Source: Phaeosaccion multiseriatum
Taxonomy: Eukaryota; Protista; Ochrophyta, other classes
NCBI GenBank assembly: GCA_965112735.1
Contig: OZ218955.1
Coordinates: 2,790,001-2,854,000 of the forward strand
Reading direction: 5' to 3'
DNA: 64,000 nt
Part shown: piece by piece, positions 1 through 10,347 of the stretch
How the letters are laid out: every line of letters begins with the position of its first letter
Numbering within the stretch: position 1 is the stretch's first letter
Notes under the pieces: generated by a model
What the model was told of the DNA's origin: nothing
The model's input: the letters and a program-made list of their open reading frames with translations, nothing else
Database searches by the model: none
Program-made: the position numbers and the translations under genes

Positions 1-1397
1 TTCTGCAGCCGAGCCCGCTCCTTCTGCTGCACCTGCTCCTCCGTCAGCGGCTTGAGGTTGGGGGGAGGCGTCGTGGAGCTGCTTGTGGAGCTGCTCGCCA
101 AGCCCCAGTCCTTCTCGAAGTCCCTGACGAGCCCGTCGAACATGGTCGAGAAAGAGTCCTCGATTTCGAGGCGGGCCCTCTCCGCCTTCTCCGCCCTCTC
201 CAAGCGCTCCTTGATGGCCTTCTCCCTCCTCTCCTCGGCCTCCTGCCGGGCTGCAGCTTGCTTCGCCGCCTCCACGCGAGCGGCGATCTGCCTGTTGGTA
301 TCGTCGATCTGCTGCTCCCTCTGCTGCAGCTGCTGCGTCAAGTCCGTCTTCTCCTCGCTGCTCATTGCGCCCCACCCGCCCACCTTGGGCAGCACCACCG
401 TGAGCTTCCTGGCGCCGCCCTCCTCCTCCGACCACTCCGTGGACAAGCTCTGCTCCCACTGCACCTTGAGCTCTGCGTCCGACTGTGACTCCTCCTCCTT
501 GGAGACAGACACGGGCGAGCCCGCCGAAGCAGTCTCTACCTCCGCCGTGATGGTGGCGCTGGCTGTCTCGGTGGTGCTGGGGGCGTCGTCTCTCCTCTCT
601 GCGCTCGGCTCTTGCACCTCCCTGTAGAGCTCCAGTCCCTCCGGCAGCTCGAACGCCTGAGAGAAGGAGCGCTGCACCGTTCGCGTGACCTGCTGCTGCT
701 CCTCGCGCCAGTGCTGGTAGGGGCCGCTACCGAAGATGAGCTGGGCCATGAGGTCCGAGTCCGTCGTGTAGGGTCTCATCACCGTGCGGCTCTGGCGCTC
801 CTCCTCCGTGGTGCCGACCTGGACATTGAGGTAGCGTGCTCCGGGCGCGCCCTCCAGAGTGACCTGCACGTCACCCTCGGCCACCCCTCCGGCCGCAGGT
901 GTGTCCACGCGAGGCTGGGTCGAATCGCTCTGCTGGTCCTCCTCCTGATGCTCCTCCTTCTGCTCGTCCTTCTGCCCCTCGGCCTGCTGCTGCTTGTTGG
1001 TGGCGGGTGCTGGGAAGGTGAAGGAGACACGAATCTCCGAGTCCGATTCCTCGATCTTGGGGCTCGACAGCACTCCCTCAATAGGGTGCTGCTGCTCCTG
1101 CTGCTGTTGCTTCTTCGTCTCCTGCTGCCTCCTGTACTGCCTCGGAGCGGGGGCTACACACGGACCGAAGGCGAAGCCTAGGTCTCTGCCTGAGAGCAGG
1201 GAAGGCGAAATGCTCAATCTCCTCCTCGGGTTATCGCACAGGCCCATCTGCGGGCTCTGTTGCCTCTGCCTCTGCTGCCGCCATCGCTGCTCCCGCTGGC
1301 GGTGCCTCGCCGGGCCGGAGGGCGCGGTGATGAAGGCAGCGGCAGGGAATAGATGCGAGCGGGCTCCTCCCATGCTGCTGCTGATATAGTACACCAT
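1..1397 (-). CDS. Large HSP20/alpha-crystallin family protein, copy A (3' end runs off the window)
   Basis: ATG at 1397 opens MVYYISSSMGG...QQHPIEGVLSSPKIEE, open to the window edge. Bases 1..~1108 are a near-identical reverse complement of ~2082..3190 (copy B). Confidence 0.85.
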   Translation of the reverse strand, partial: MVYYISSSMGGARSHLFPAAAFITAPSGPARHRQREQRWRQQRQRQQSPQMGLCDNPRRRLSISPSLLSGRDLGFAFGPCVAPAPRQYRRQQETKKQQQQEQQHPIEGVLSSPKIEESDSEIRVSFTFPAPATNKQQQAEGQKDEQKEEHQEEDQQSDSTQPRVDTPAAGGVAEGDVQVTLEGAPGARYLNVQVGTTEEERQSRTVMRPYTTDSDLMAQLIFGSGPYQHWREEQQQVTRTVQRSFSQAFELPEGLELYREVQEPSAERRDDAPSTTETASATITAEVETASAGSPVSVSKEEESQSDAELKVQWEQSLSTEWSEEEGGARKLTVVLPKVGGWGAMSSEEKTDLTQQLQQREQQIDDTNRQIAARVEAAKQAAARQEAEERREKAIKERLERAEKAERARLEIEDSFSTMFDGLVRDFEKDWGLASSSTSSSTTPPPNLKPLTEEQVQQKERARLQ

Positions 1398-1460
1398 TTC
1401 TTCTTGTTCGTTTGTTTCGTTGTTTGTGAGCCCATTGCTTCGTCTTCATCTTCCCCTTTT

Positions 1461-1509
1461 TTCTGGATTGATCTCGAACTTATTAAGTGCCATCTCGAAC
1501 GATCTAGAT
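1461..1509. promoter_or_regulatory. Two heat-shock-element-like arrays in the bidirectional promoter
   Basis: TTCtgGATtgATCtcGAA (1461-1478) and ATCtcGAAcgATCtaGAT (1492-1509) are four-unit alternating nGA(A/T)n arrays with canonical 2-nt spacing, lying between two HSP20 genes. Confidence 0.6.
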
Positions 1510-1721
1510 GCGTGTGTTGGTTCTCTGACTCACAGATGGCAGGGAATGTTATTTGTTTTTCTTCTGATTTCCCATGGGAGATTCCACGTGGAGACGATTA
1601 AGACACATGACACCTTTTCATTTCCTCACAACACATCCTTCATTGGACAAGCAACACATCTTTCTTTCCTCACGAACCTCCTCATACTAACGCGGTAGTA
1701 CGCAGAAATTAAAAGCACAAC

Positions 1722-3548
1722 ATGGGCTTCAGCGGGCACCCGATGCCAGCAGGCTACATGCTCTCGCCCAGTGCAGCGGCGCTTCTTCCCCCATCCCTCG
1801 GGAACGGGGCCGCCTTTATCAGCATGAGCATGCCCTGTGGCTCGTTCGAGTGCCAACAGGAGAGGCGTCAGCAGCAGCGGGTCCGGGAACAGCAGCGGCG
1901 GCGACTGTGGGAGGAGCAGCGGCGATACGGAGGCGGGCCTCGCGGAGTCAGCTTCGAGGTGGGCTCCAGCCCGCGCCAGTGGAAGCAGAGGCAACAGCGG
2001 AACGGGGCGCTTTGGGAGCCTTTCATGACCCGCGCTCTTCGCGACATCGAGACCCAGCTCCCTCCTATGCGGCAGCGGCAGCAACAGCAGCAGGAGCAGC
2101 AGCACCCTGTTGAGGGAGTGCTGTCGAGCCCCAAGATCGAGGAATCGGACTCGGAGATTCGTGTCTCCTTCACCTTCCCAGCACCCGCCACCAACAAGCA
2201 GCAGCAGGCCGAGGGGCAGAAGGACGAGCAGAAGGAGGAGCATCAGGAGGAGGACCAGCAGAGCGATTCGACCCAGCCTCGCGTGGACACACCTGCGGCC
2301 GGAGGGGTGGCCGAGGGTGACGTTCAGGTCACTCTGGAGGGCGCGCCCGGAGCACGCTACCTCAATGTCCAGGTCGGCACCACGGAGGAGGAGCGCCAGA
2401 GCCGCACGGTGATGAGGCCCTACACGACGGACTCGGACCTCATGGCCCAGCTCATCTTCGGCAGCGGCCCCTACCAGCACTGGCGCGAGGAGCAGCAGCA
2501 GGTCACGCGAACGGTGCAGCGCTCCTTCTCTCAGGCGTTCGAGCTGCCGGAGGGACTGGAGCTCTACAGGGAGGTGCAAGAGCCGAGCGCAGAGGGGAGA
2601 GACGACGCCCCCAGCACCACCGAGACAGCCAGCGCCACCATCACGGCGGAGGTAGAGACTGCTTCGGCGGGCTCGCCCGTGTCTGTCTCCAAGGAGGAGG
2701 AGTCACAGTCGGACGCAGAGCTCAAGGTGCAGTGGGAGCAGAGCTTGTCCACGGAGTGGTCGGAGGAGGAGGGCGGCGCCAGGAAGCTCACGGTGGTGCT
2801 GCCCAAGGTGGGCGGGTGGGGCGCCATGAGCAGCGAGGAGAAGGCGGACTTGACGCAGCAGCTGCAGCAGAGGGAGCAGCAGATCGACGATACCAACAGG
2901 CAGATCACCGCTCGTGTGGAGGCGGCGAAGCAAGCTGCAGCCCGGCAGGAGGCCGAGGAGAGGAGGGAGAAGGCCATCAAGGAGCGCTTGGAGAGGGCGG
3001 AGAAGGCGGAGAGGGCCCGCCTCGAAATCGAGGACTCTTTCTCGACCATGTTCGACGGGCTCGTCAGGGACTTCGAGAAGGACTGGGGCTTGGCGAGCAG
3101 CTCCACAAGCAGCTCCACGACGCCTCCCCCCAACCTCAAGCCGCTGACGGAGGAGCAGGTGCAGCAGAAGGAGCGGGCTCGGCTGCAGAAGGTTCTCGCG
3201 GCCAGACGCGCAGAGATGTACGTGGAGATCGCACCTCGCAAGGAGGAGGGGTACGCGGCGAAGGTGTTCCTTCCGGAGGGGCTGGAGAAGGAGGACGTGA
3301 CCATCAAGCTTGAGGAGGACAACGCCACTTTGGTCATCACGGCGACTCACCGTCAGCAGCAGCAGGAGGGCGAGGAGGGGCAGGGTGCGGCGGTGAGGTC
3401 CAGAGAGCGCCGCCTCAGGCTCGCCAAGGACGCCGACGTGGGCGCCATCAGCGCGTCCTTCGTGCAGGGAGAGGCGGGTGAGGGAGGGCCGGAGGCTCTG
3501 AGCGTCACGGTGCCCAAGATGAAGCCCAGGACAATCACCATCCAGTGA
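1722..3548 (+). CDS. Large (608 aa) intronless HSP20-family protein with two alpha-crystallin-like domains, copy B
   Basis: C-terminal ACD: AKVFLPEGLEKEDVTIKL..LVITA..RRLRLAKDADVGAISASF..LSVTVPK, followed by the IxI tail RTITIQ. Internal ACD-like elements: IEESDSEIRVSFTFP, GDVQVTL, RSFSQAFELPE, LTVVLPK. Confidence 0.85.
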   Translation: MGFSGHPMPAGYMLSPSAAALLPPSLGNGAAFISMSMPCGSFECQQERRQQQRVREQQRRRLWEEQRRYGGGPRGVSFEVGSSPRQWKQRQQRNGALWEPFMTRALRDIETQLPPMRQRQQQQQEQQHPVEGVLSSPKIEESDSEIRVSFTFPAPATNKQQQAEGQKDEQKEEHQEEDQQSDSTQPRVDTPAAGGVAEGDVQVTLEGAPGARYLNVQVGTTEEERQSRTVMRPYTTDSDLMAQLIFGSGPYQHWREEQQQVTRTVQRSFSQAFELPEGLELYREVQEPSAEGRDDAPSTTETASATITAEVETASAGSPVSVSKEEESQSDAELKVQWEQSLSTEWSEEEGGARKLTVVLPKVGGWGAMSSEEKADLTQQLQQREQQIDDTNRQITARVEAAKQAAARQEAEERREKAIKERLERAEKAERARLEIEDSFSTMFDGLVRDFEKDWGLASSSTSSSTTPPPNLKPLTEEQVQQKERARLQKVLAARRAEMYVEIAPRKEEGYAAKVFLPEGLEKEDVTIKLEEDNATLVITATHRQQQQEGEEGQGAAVRSRERRLRLAKDADVGAISASFVQGEAGEGGPEALSVTVPKMKPRTITIQ

Positions 3549-4319
3549 GGGGAGGAGCTTTGCTTGTACAGTAGGGTAGGGTCGGATAGGGAAGAGTATA
3601 GTACGGGAGCACACACTTTTTGTATATAGACTACGATAGGGGAGGAGAAGCAAAACTTCTTTATAATCGACGATGTTTCATTTCTCTTTTCCTTCCTCTT
3701 TTACTACAACTGCTTTCAAGCTTCAGTGACGACTGAAAAAACTGGATGCCCAAATGCCCGACACAAACTCAGACTCCTGAAAGTAAGCTTGCCTCTTTTG
3801 CCGGCCATTTTAGTTCCCGCCCCCCCTCCCCTCCTTTCCCTCGGGCCCCTCCTGTCCCTTCCCTCGTCGCCGTGCATATGAGAGGTGAGACAGTCAATAG
3901 CGTACCCTTGCCCCCCCACCCCCATCCCCTACCCTTTCTACTCTATAGTGTCCCTCAAGCTGTAGGAGGACGGTCACGGCGGTCGCGGAATGTGGTGTGC
4001 TGTCCCATACTGAGCCAGCGCTTCCGATCTTGACGGTCTCTCTCCGCCAAAGTAGCCCTCTCACGTTCATTTCAGTTGTGCCCCGTTGCCTAGTCTGCGC
4101 AGTCTCTTCTCGCCTTCCCTTGTCTCATTCCTTCCTCTTTTCCTCTCTTCTGCGTTCGGCATGTTGTAGAAAATCATCAAATCAAAGCATCTCCTGCGCC
4201 GGCTTCCCTGTTTTTCGCGCCTCAATTACGCAGCCTCACAGTAACTCCCTGTCCCCCTCCCTGCGTCACGCCTCCTCTCCTGCACAAACCCCCTCTCGCT
4301 TGCCTCTCCTTCGTTTTTT

Positions 4320-5100
4320 GTTTTGTTTTTCAAAGTAGTGCTGTGTAGCTTTCGCTGCTACGCAGTCAAAATCATTCGCATGAGGCTATTGAAGCTCTCG
4401 CTGCTGCGCTGCACCGTCTCTTTCCATCTTCACCAAAATGCCATAGGGCTCCATAAAGTGCAGAATTCTCCTTCTCCGAAAAGCACTGCTGAAGCTCCCT
4501 CGCCGCTGTACGGTCTCTTTACAAGGCCAGAGCCGCACGGCCATTCGCACGTACGGGGCTCATTCTCCTTCTCCGAAATGTAGTGCTGTAGCTCTCGCTG
4601 CTGTACCGTTTCTCTCCCCATCAAGATCTCGCTGGCTCCATAATGGAAGGGAGGATCTTTCGCTTTCCCTACAACTGTACAGCCGCAGCAGCAGGACTTC
4701 CCAGGGTCAAAGCGGGCGCCGATGCATCTTCAGCGCCCGAGGACGCTGGGGCCTCACTGGTCGGGGTCGTGGCGGCGCTGGGGCTGCTGCTGGTGGATTT
4801 GGCAACCAGTGCGGCCGAGCGGGCCTTCTTGTCGAACGGGGAGGGCGGAGTGGGAAGGAAGTTATACTTGGACCGTCCCGTGGGAGTCCCTGTCCTCTCC
4901 TTCGGCGAGCGTGTGTGCTGCTTAGCGTTCGAGACGTACTTTTGGGATCGCAAAGGCATGTTTGAAGGCCAAGAGCTCTCTTTCTCAGTCGCAGTACCGC
5001 GGCTTCTCCTTAAATACTATCCTCGCCTCCACTCCTTGATGGTGGAAGGGGGGTACTGCTGCTGCTGTTGATGGCGGCGATTGTGTGAGATACTGTGAGC
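4320..5100 (-). pseudogene. Decayed coding-like segment with 3-4 internal repeats (ETVQQRELQHY.SEKEN)
   Basis: The minus strand repeats the motif GRETVQQRELQHYISEKEN / ETVQRRELQQCFSEKEN in shifting frames with stops. Confidence 0.3.
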
Positions 5101-5489
5101 TTCAGCTTCTTTCGTACTACAGGCTGCTGCTGTTGATGGCGGCGTTGTGGAGCTAAACCCCCGAACACACGGGCATCAATCCAGAAGTTTGGCCTAAAAG
5201 TAACAGCCCAAAAGGAACATCCCCTTGGGTCGTTGACTTACGTTCGTCGTCATGCTTCTCTTGAGTTTGGCATCTTTTGAAAGCCGCCCTTCTTACGATC
5301 AAACGCGAGCAAGAACAGGGCTGCAATCTTGTGCTCTGCCCTCACTACATGAGGACTGGTTTTGACGCTGCTGGAGGCGACAGAAGGAAGACGTCGGGTT
5401 GCAAGAGAGGGGAAAGGGCTGAGACGAGAAGGGGGGGCGAGCCAGGAGGAGGAGAGGGAGGGACAAGGGGGGAGGGCCAGGAGAGCAGG

Positions 5490-8400
5490 ATGGACGGTCT
5501 CCGGAAGGTCTCGCGTCGAAGGGCGCTGCCTAGAGGAGCCGGGCCCGTGGTGTTGGCCGTGCTTGCCATGGCTGGTCTGGGCCAGGCCTTCGTCGGCCCG
5601 TCCTCTAGCTTGCCTCATGCACACAAGGCCCTTTCCGGTGCTTGTCCGAAGAGCAGGAAGTGCAGACTCGATAGTGGGGTTTGTCGGGGCACCACCACCA
5701 CCACCAGCACCAGCAACAGCAGCAGCAGGGACAGCAGTGTTGGAAGTGGCGGCGGGGCAAAGGTCCCCAGGAGGATGCGCAGCTTCATGAGAAGGGGGAA
5801 GGGAGGGGGTAGCGAAAGAGGTGGTAGGAGCAATCGGGCAAGACTGCAAGCCGCAGCAGCATCGATTGCTGGATTTGGGGATGGACCAGGAGAAGCAGCA
5901 GGAGCATCGCCGGGAGCATCAACAGCAGTAGCAGGAGGAGAAGGAGGAGAAAGGTCGGGTGCTACCGCACAGCAGGATTATGACGAAAGTGACGGGATGA
6001 GGGGGCTGGGCATCGGCGGGGGGGTTGTAGCGGACTTTCAGCCGAGGAAGACGCGTGGACCCTTCAAAATGTTCCAGGTGAGGGACATTCTGTGGTGTGC
6101 CTGTTTCACCTGACACCGGGTGGGGACGGGAGTGCAGGGTGTGAGGAGAGGAGAGTAGTACAAGGTGTCAGGAGGTGCTAAGGCGTGGGGCGAAGCCACG
6201 AGGCGAACCTCTGTATCAGACGATGGCAGCCTGCGACCTCGCTAGGGAGGGGGAGGGTGGGGGCAGGCATCGAAAATGCTTGTACTTAGTGAGCCTCTTC
6301 CTCTCTGTCGTACCGACACACACCACCCTCCCCCCCCCCCCCCCTGTTGTTGTTCTAACACAGCTGTATTGGCAATACGTCGAGTGGCTGTGGCGCAGCA
6401 CCTCGATGTACCATCTTGACGCGGACCTCAAGATGGTGGGAGTGGCAGACAGAGTCCTTGGGGCAGTCAGGTAAGCCAATGAGGTTGGAGAAGTGGGTGG
6501 GTGGATGGCAAGGCCACTCGTCCCTTGTGTGACCCGGAGTTTATATGACTGACTGACTGACTGACTGATTGATTGATTGATTGAGTAACGGACTGACTGG
6601 TGAACCTGGCATGTGGCGTGACCTCTTGCCCCGCTCCCTTCTCCCTCGCCTCTCCCAAGCAGATCTGTGGAGGGCCTGGACCGGGATGTTGGCGACCGTC
6701 TGCGTACGAGCGATCTGAAGGACCGATTCGAGGCCACTGTCAGCGCCACACAGGTACGCACGCACGGACAAGCACGCCCCCGCAGATGGAGCGAGCCATT
6801 GTACTAGGCCATCCAGTGCCACCCCCCTCTTTCCCTCTCCATCATCCACTATGCGGGCATCCCTTGCCCCCACCGGACTCATGCAACGACGGCGGCGTGA
6901 CTCACGCACACACACACGTCACACACGCACATACATACACACGTATAGGCTCTGAAGGAAGGTGCCCTGCAGTTGAACGAGACGCAGCAGCGCCAGAAGG
7001 ATGAGCAAGAGAAGCTCAAAGCCGCGGCAGAAGCTGAAGCCAAGGAGGCCCGCGTCAAGCGTAAGGGCAGGAAGGGCAGCAAGAGCTTCAATCTGGCCAG
7101 TCGCATTCGCACGGGCTGTCTCATGGGTGAGTAGTGCGGGTAGGGTAGCCGTTGGTGGTACAGTAGCACCAGCAGCTATTGGTGGTCGAAGGCAATAGAC
7201 GGCTGGGCAGGATGGGTTGTGCTGTTGTGTTTCCTTCCCTGTGGGCCTCTTCTATCACTCTCAACTTCGCGAAGGGGTGGGTTGCACACTGAGACTGAAG
7301 TTGGATGCTCCGTGCCCGGTGTCTTTCCTCCTCCCTCCCTGCGCTTCTTTGCCCCTGCTCCTCCCTCCCTCCCTCCCTCCCTTAGGGATCATTGTGACAT
7401 TGTGGATCTTCAGCGGAGACACCGTCTTCGCCACGGGCTTCTTCTTGCAGGTACCGTATCGGATCCTACCCTGGTATCTATCTGCTCGCACTCCTTCCCT
7501 CCCTCCCTCACCCTCACCCTTCGCCCCACCACCACACACCACTCCGCCACACCCTCGCATGACATCTCCCCCCCCTCCCTGCCTGCCTGTCTCAGGCCAT
7601 GCTGGGTCAGCTTGAGTACTTCCGCCTTGTGATGCAGAAGGGTCACTTGCCCGCCCGCCGCATCTCGGCAGTGACCACCGTGTGTCTCTTCGCCTTCGCC
7701 TGTTGGCTGCCCGCATTCCATAGTCAGGTGAGACGTAAAAAGTATAGCGTGCGTGCGTGTGTGCGTGTGTCACCCACCTGTTGCTGCTGTATCACTAACT
7801 GGTTAACCTGCTGCTGCTGCTGCTGCTGCTGCTCACATCGAACCCGACCACTTCATGTGTGCGTGCGTGCGTTCGTGCAGGTGCTCCCTAATGCCGGTTT
7901 CTGCATCATGGCGTACTTCCTGTGCCTGCGCCGACGGCCCGCCACCATCGGAGACATCAGCACGACCTTCATGGGCGTGTTCTACTCCGCTTACATGCCC
8001 TCTTTCTGGGTCAGGCTGCGCTGTCTGCCGGAGGTGAGGGAGGGAGCAAGGGACGAGGAGGAGGTGACCCCACCATCCACTGCCATCACCTGCCGCTGAC
8101 CTCGGTCTTGCAGGCGCCGCCTTCCATGGCTGCACACTTCCTCACATGCCCCTCTTCTCTGCCATTCATCCCCCCGCCCCTCTCCCTTCTCCCTCCTCCC
8201 TCCCATCCCCTACTCCCCCCTTCCTCGACCATCAGGTGGCCCCGACCAAGCTGCTGGCCGTAGCCAAGCTCTCAGCGCTTTGGCCGAGCTGGGCCCCCAA
8301 GCTCATTCCGCCTCCCGACCTGTGGACTCAGGGAGGTGAGCCACGAGTGAGGAGGCCCTGCGTGTGAGGTGTGGGCGTGTGTGGTGGGGTTCCTCCTTGT

Positions 8401-8772
8401 CTTGCCGCTGCTGGTGCTGGTGCTGCTGGTGCTGCTGGTGCTGCTGCTGCTGTCCCTGGTGCTCTCACTGCTGTGAAGGAGCATGGCATGGACTTGCGTG
8501 CAGCTCTGCTCTGCTCTGCACCTTTCTCTGATGTGTGGTCCTTCGTACGTCTCTCCCCCCCCCGCCTCCCATCGGCAGCAATGATTACCTTCTGGACCTA
8601 TCTGAGCATTGTCTCTGCGGACGTGGGGGCATACTTTGTAGGTAAGGATCTTCTTCGTTGGCAAGAGAGGCTGCTGGAGGAGAGGGTTTCCTGCACCAAT
8701 CACACACACACGCAGACTCACACACGCACGCAGACTCACTCACACACACACTCAACTCACTCTCTCTTTCTT

Positions 8773-8829
<57 letters not shown>

Positions 8830-9133
8830 CAAGTCGCTGGGCAAGACCAAGCTGTCCAAATACAGCCCCAGCGCAGGCTACGCCTCTCCTAACAAGACCG
8901 TCGAGGGGCTGCTTGGCGGCTGTGCAGCCTGCATGGCCGTCTCCTCCCTCGGGGCCTGGACTATTAACTGGCCGCTTTGGTGGTTGAGCGGGTCGCTGTA
9001 TGGGGTCATGCTGTGTGCAGTCGGCCTGGTGGGTGACCTTACGGCCTCCATGTTCAAAAGAGATGCCGGCTTTAAGGACTCAGGAAACCTCCTGCCGGGA
9101 CACGGAGGCTACCTAGACCGGTGAGAAGGTCCC

Positions 9134-9164
<31 letters not shown>

Positions 9165-9415
9165 ATATGCCCGAATGCCTCTGTCTGTCTGTCTGTCTGT
9201 CTGTCCTCTCTCGTCTTCCCTCTTCTCTTCTCTTCTCTCCTCTCCTCCTCCTCCTCCTCCTCCTCACCCCTCTCCCCCCCCCATTGCGCCGCGCCCCCCC
9301 CCACAGAGTGGATAGCTACGTGTTCACGGCGCCTCCGGCTTACCTCTTCGCCACGGTGTGCCTGCCTCTGTTCGCAAGATTGGCCCGATACATGGCGCGG
9401 CTGTCCCCCGCATAA
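5490..9415 (+). CDS. cdsA: Phosphatidate cytidylyltransferase (CDP-DAG synthase), plastid-targeted, ~11 exons
   Basis: Spliced motifs [19 protein letters not shown] and [33 protein letters not shown] match the CTP_transf_1 signature. N-terminal signal peptide ends GQA|FVGP (ASAFAP-like). GT-AG exons approx 5490-6077, 6364-6470, 6663-6752, 6949-7127, 7386-7450, 7596-7727, 7881-8033, 8236-8335, 8579-8641, 8829-9120, 9307-9415. Confidence 0.92.
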
Positions 9416-10108
9416 CCAGCAAAGCACTTACATACACCGACTCGTACCCTCGATGCGTACAACGGAGGTCCGTCTCTGCTGGAGCGGACGGAGTGGAGAG
9501 CCGATCTCCTCTCCGTTTATCGTGGACTTGGGGGGGGGGGAAAGCCCTCTCGGCTTTGGGCCTTTTGAATAGATGGCAGCAGACGGGATATAAGCACACG
9601 CTTGGACGCTTTGAGTGAGTTTGAGTTATCAGACTCTTTCGATATTTTCTCCACCTCTCACCTCTTTTGACACTCAGGAGGTCTATTAATCTGGAACTGA
9701 ATGGTGAAGTTGCACCTCAGCTCTCCAACAGCGGTAGGGCAGCGTCCTTAAAAGTGAGGAATGTAGAAAGCACGGATAAAGAATAGATAGAGCGAGAGAG
9801 TAGAACTGTAAGGAGGAGCGAAAGAGCTTCCCCAGTGCATACGCTTTAATAAAAGGAAAAGGAGATTTAAAACACTGCTCGTACGTAATGGTGTCCCAAC
9901 TATAGTATACTGCTCCAGTCCTATGGCACGGGCATGAAACTGTCACTCTCGTGACGTCCTCTGACCGCACCCGACCGGGCGAGGGAGTGATTGATGGCGT
10001 AGTGCGTCTGCTTCCCACTTGCAGCTGCCTCTCTAATCCTCAACGCCTCCCCTCACCCGCACAAGCCGTGCGTTACAAGCACAAAAAGAAAAAATACGGC
10101 CCTACCTC

Positions 10109-10147
10109 TTTGCTACTGCCCCTACTGCTGCTGGTGCTGCTGCTACC

Positions 10148-10198
<51 letters not shown>

Positions 10199-10228
10199 AC
10201 CCCTACTACTGCTGCTGCTGCTGCTGCT
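10109..10228. repeat. (CTG/CTA)n microsatellite
   Basis: Visible directly; produces a spurious poly-Leu ORF. Confidence 0.85.
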
Positions 10229-10347
10229 TCACCCCCTCATGTCGCCTCCATAGCTCAGTTTCTCACCGTTGTCTTGCCGTTTGGCCCCTCACTCCTTCGC
10301 ACTGGAACGAACGGACGCCGTCCATCCACTGCCATCCTCCATCCCCA

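Noticed and set aside
52-3653. Long antisense ORFs (52-627, 612-1181, 1626-2579, 2564-3340, 2703-3653)
   Set aside because: Shadow ORFs of the GC-rich HSP20 genes, with no independent motifs.
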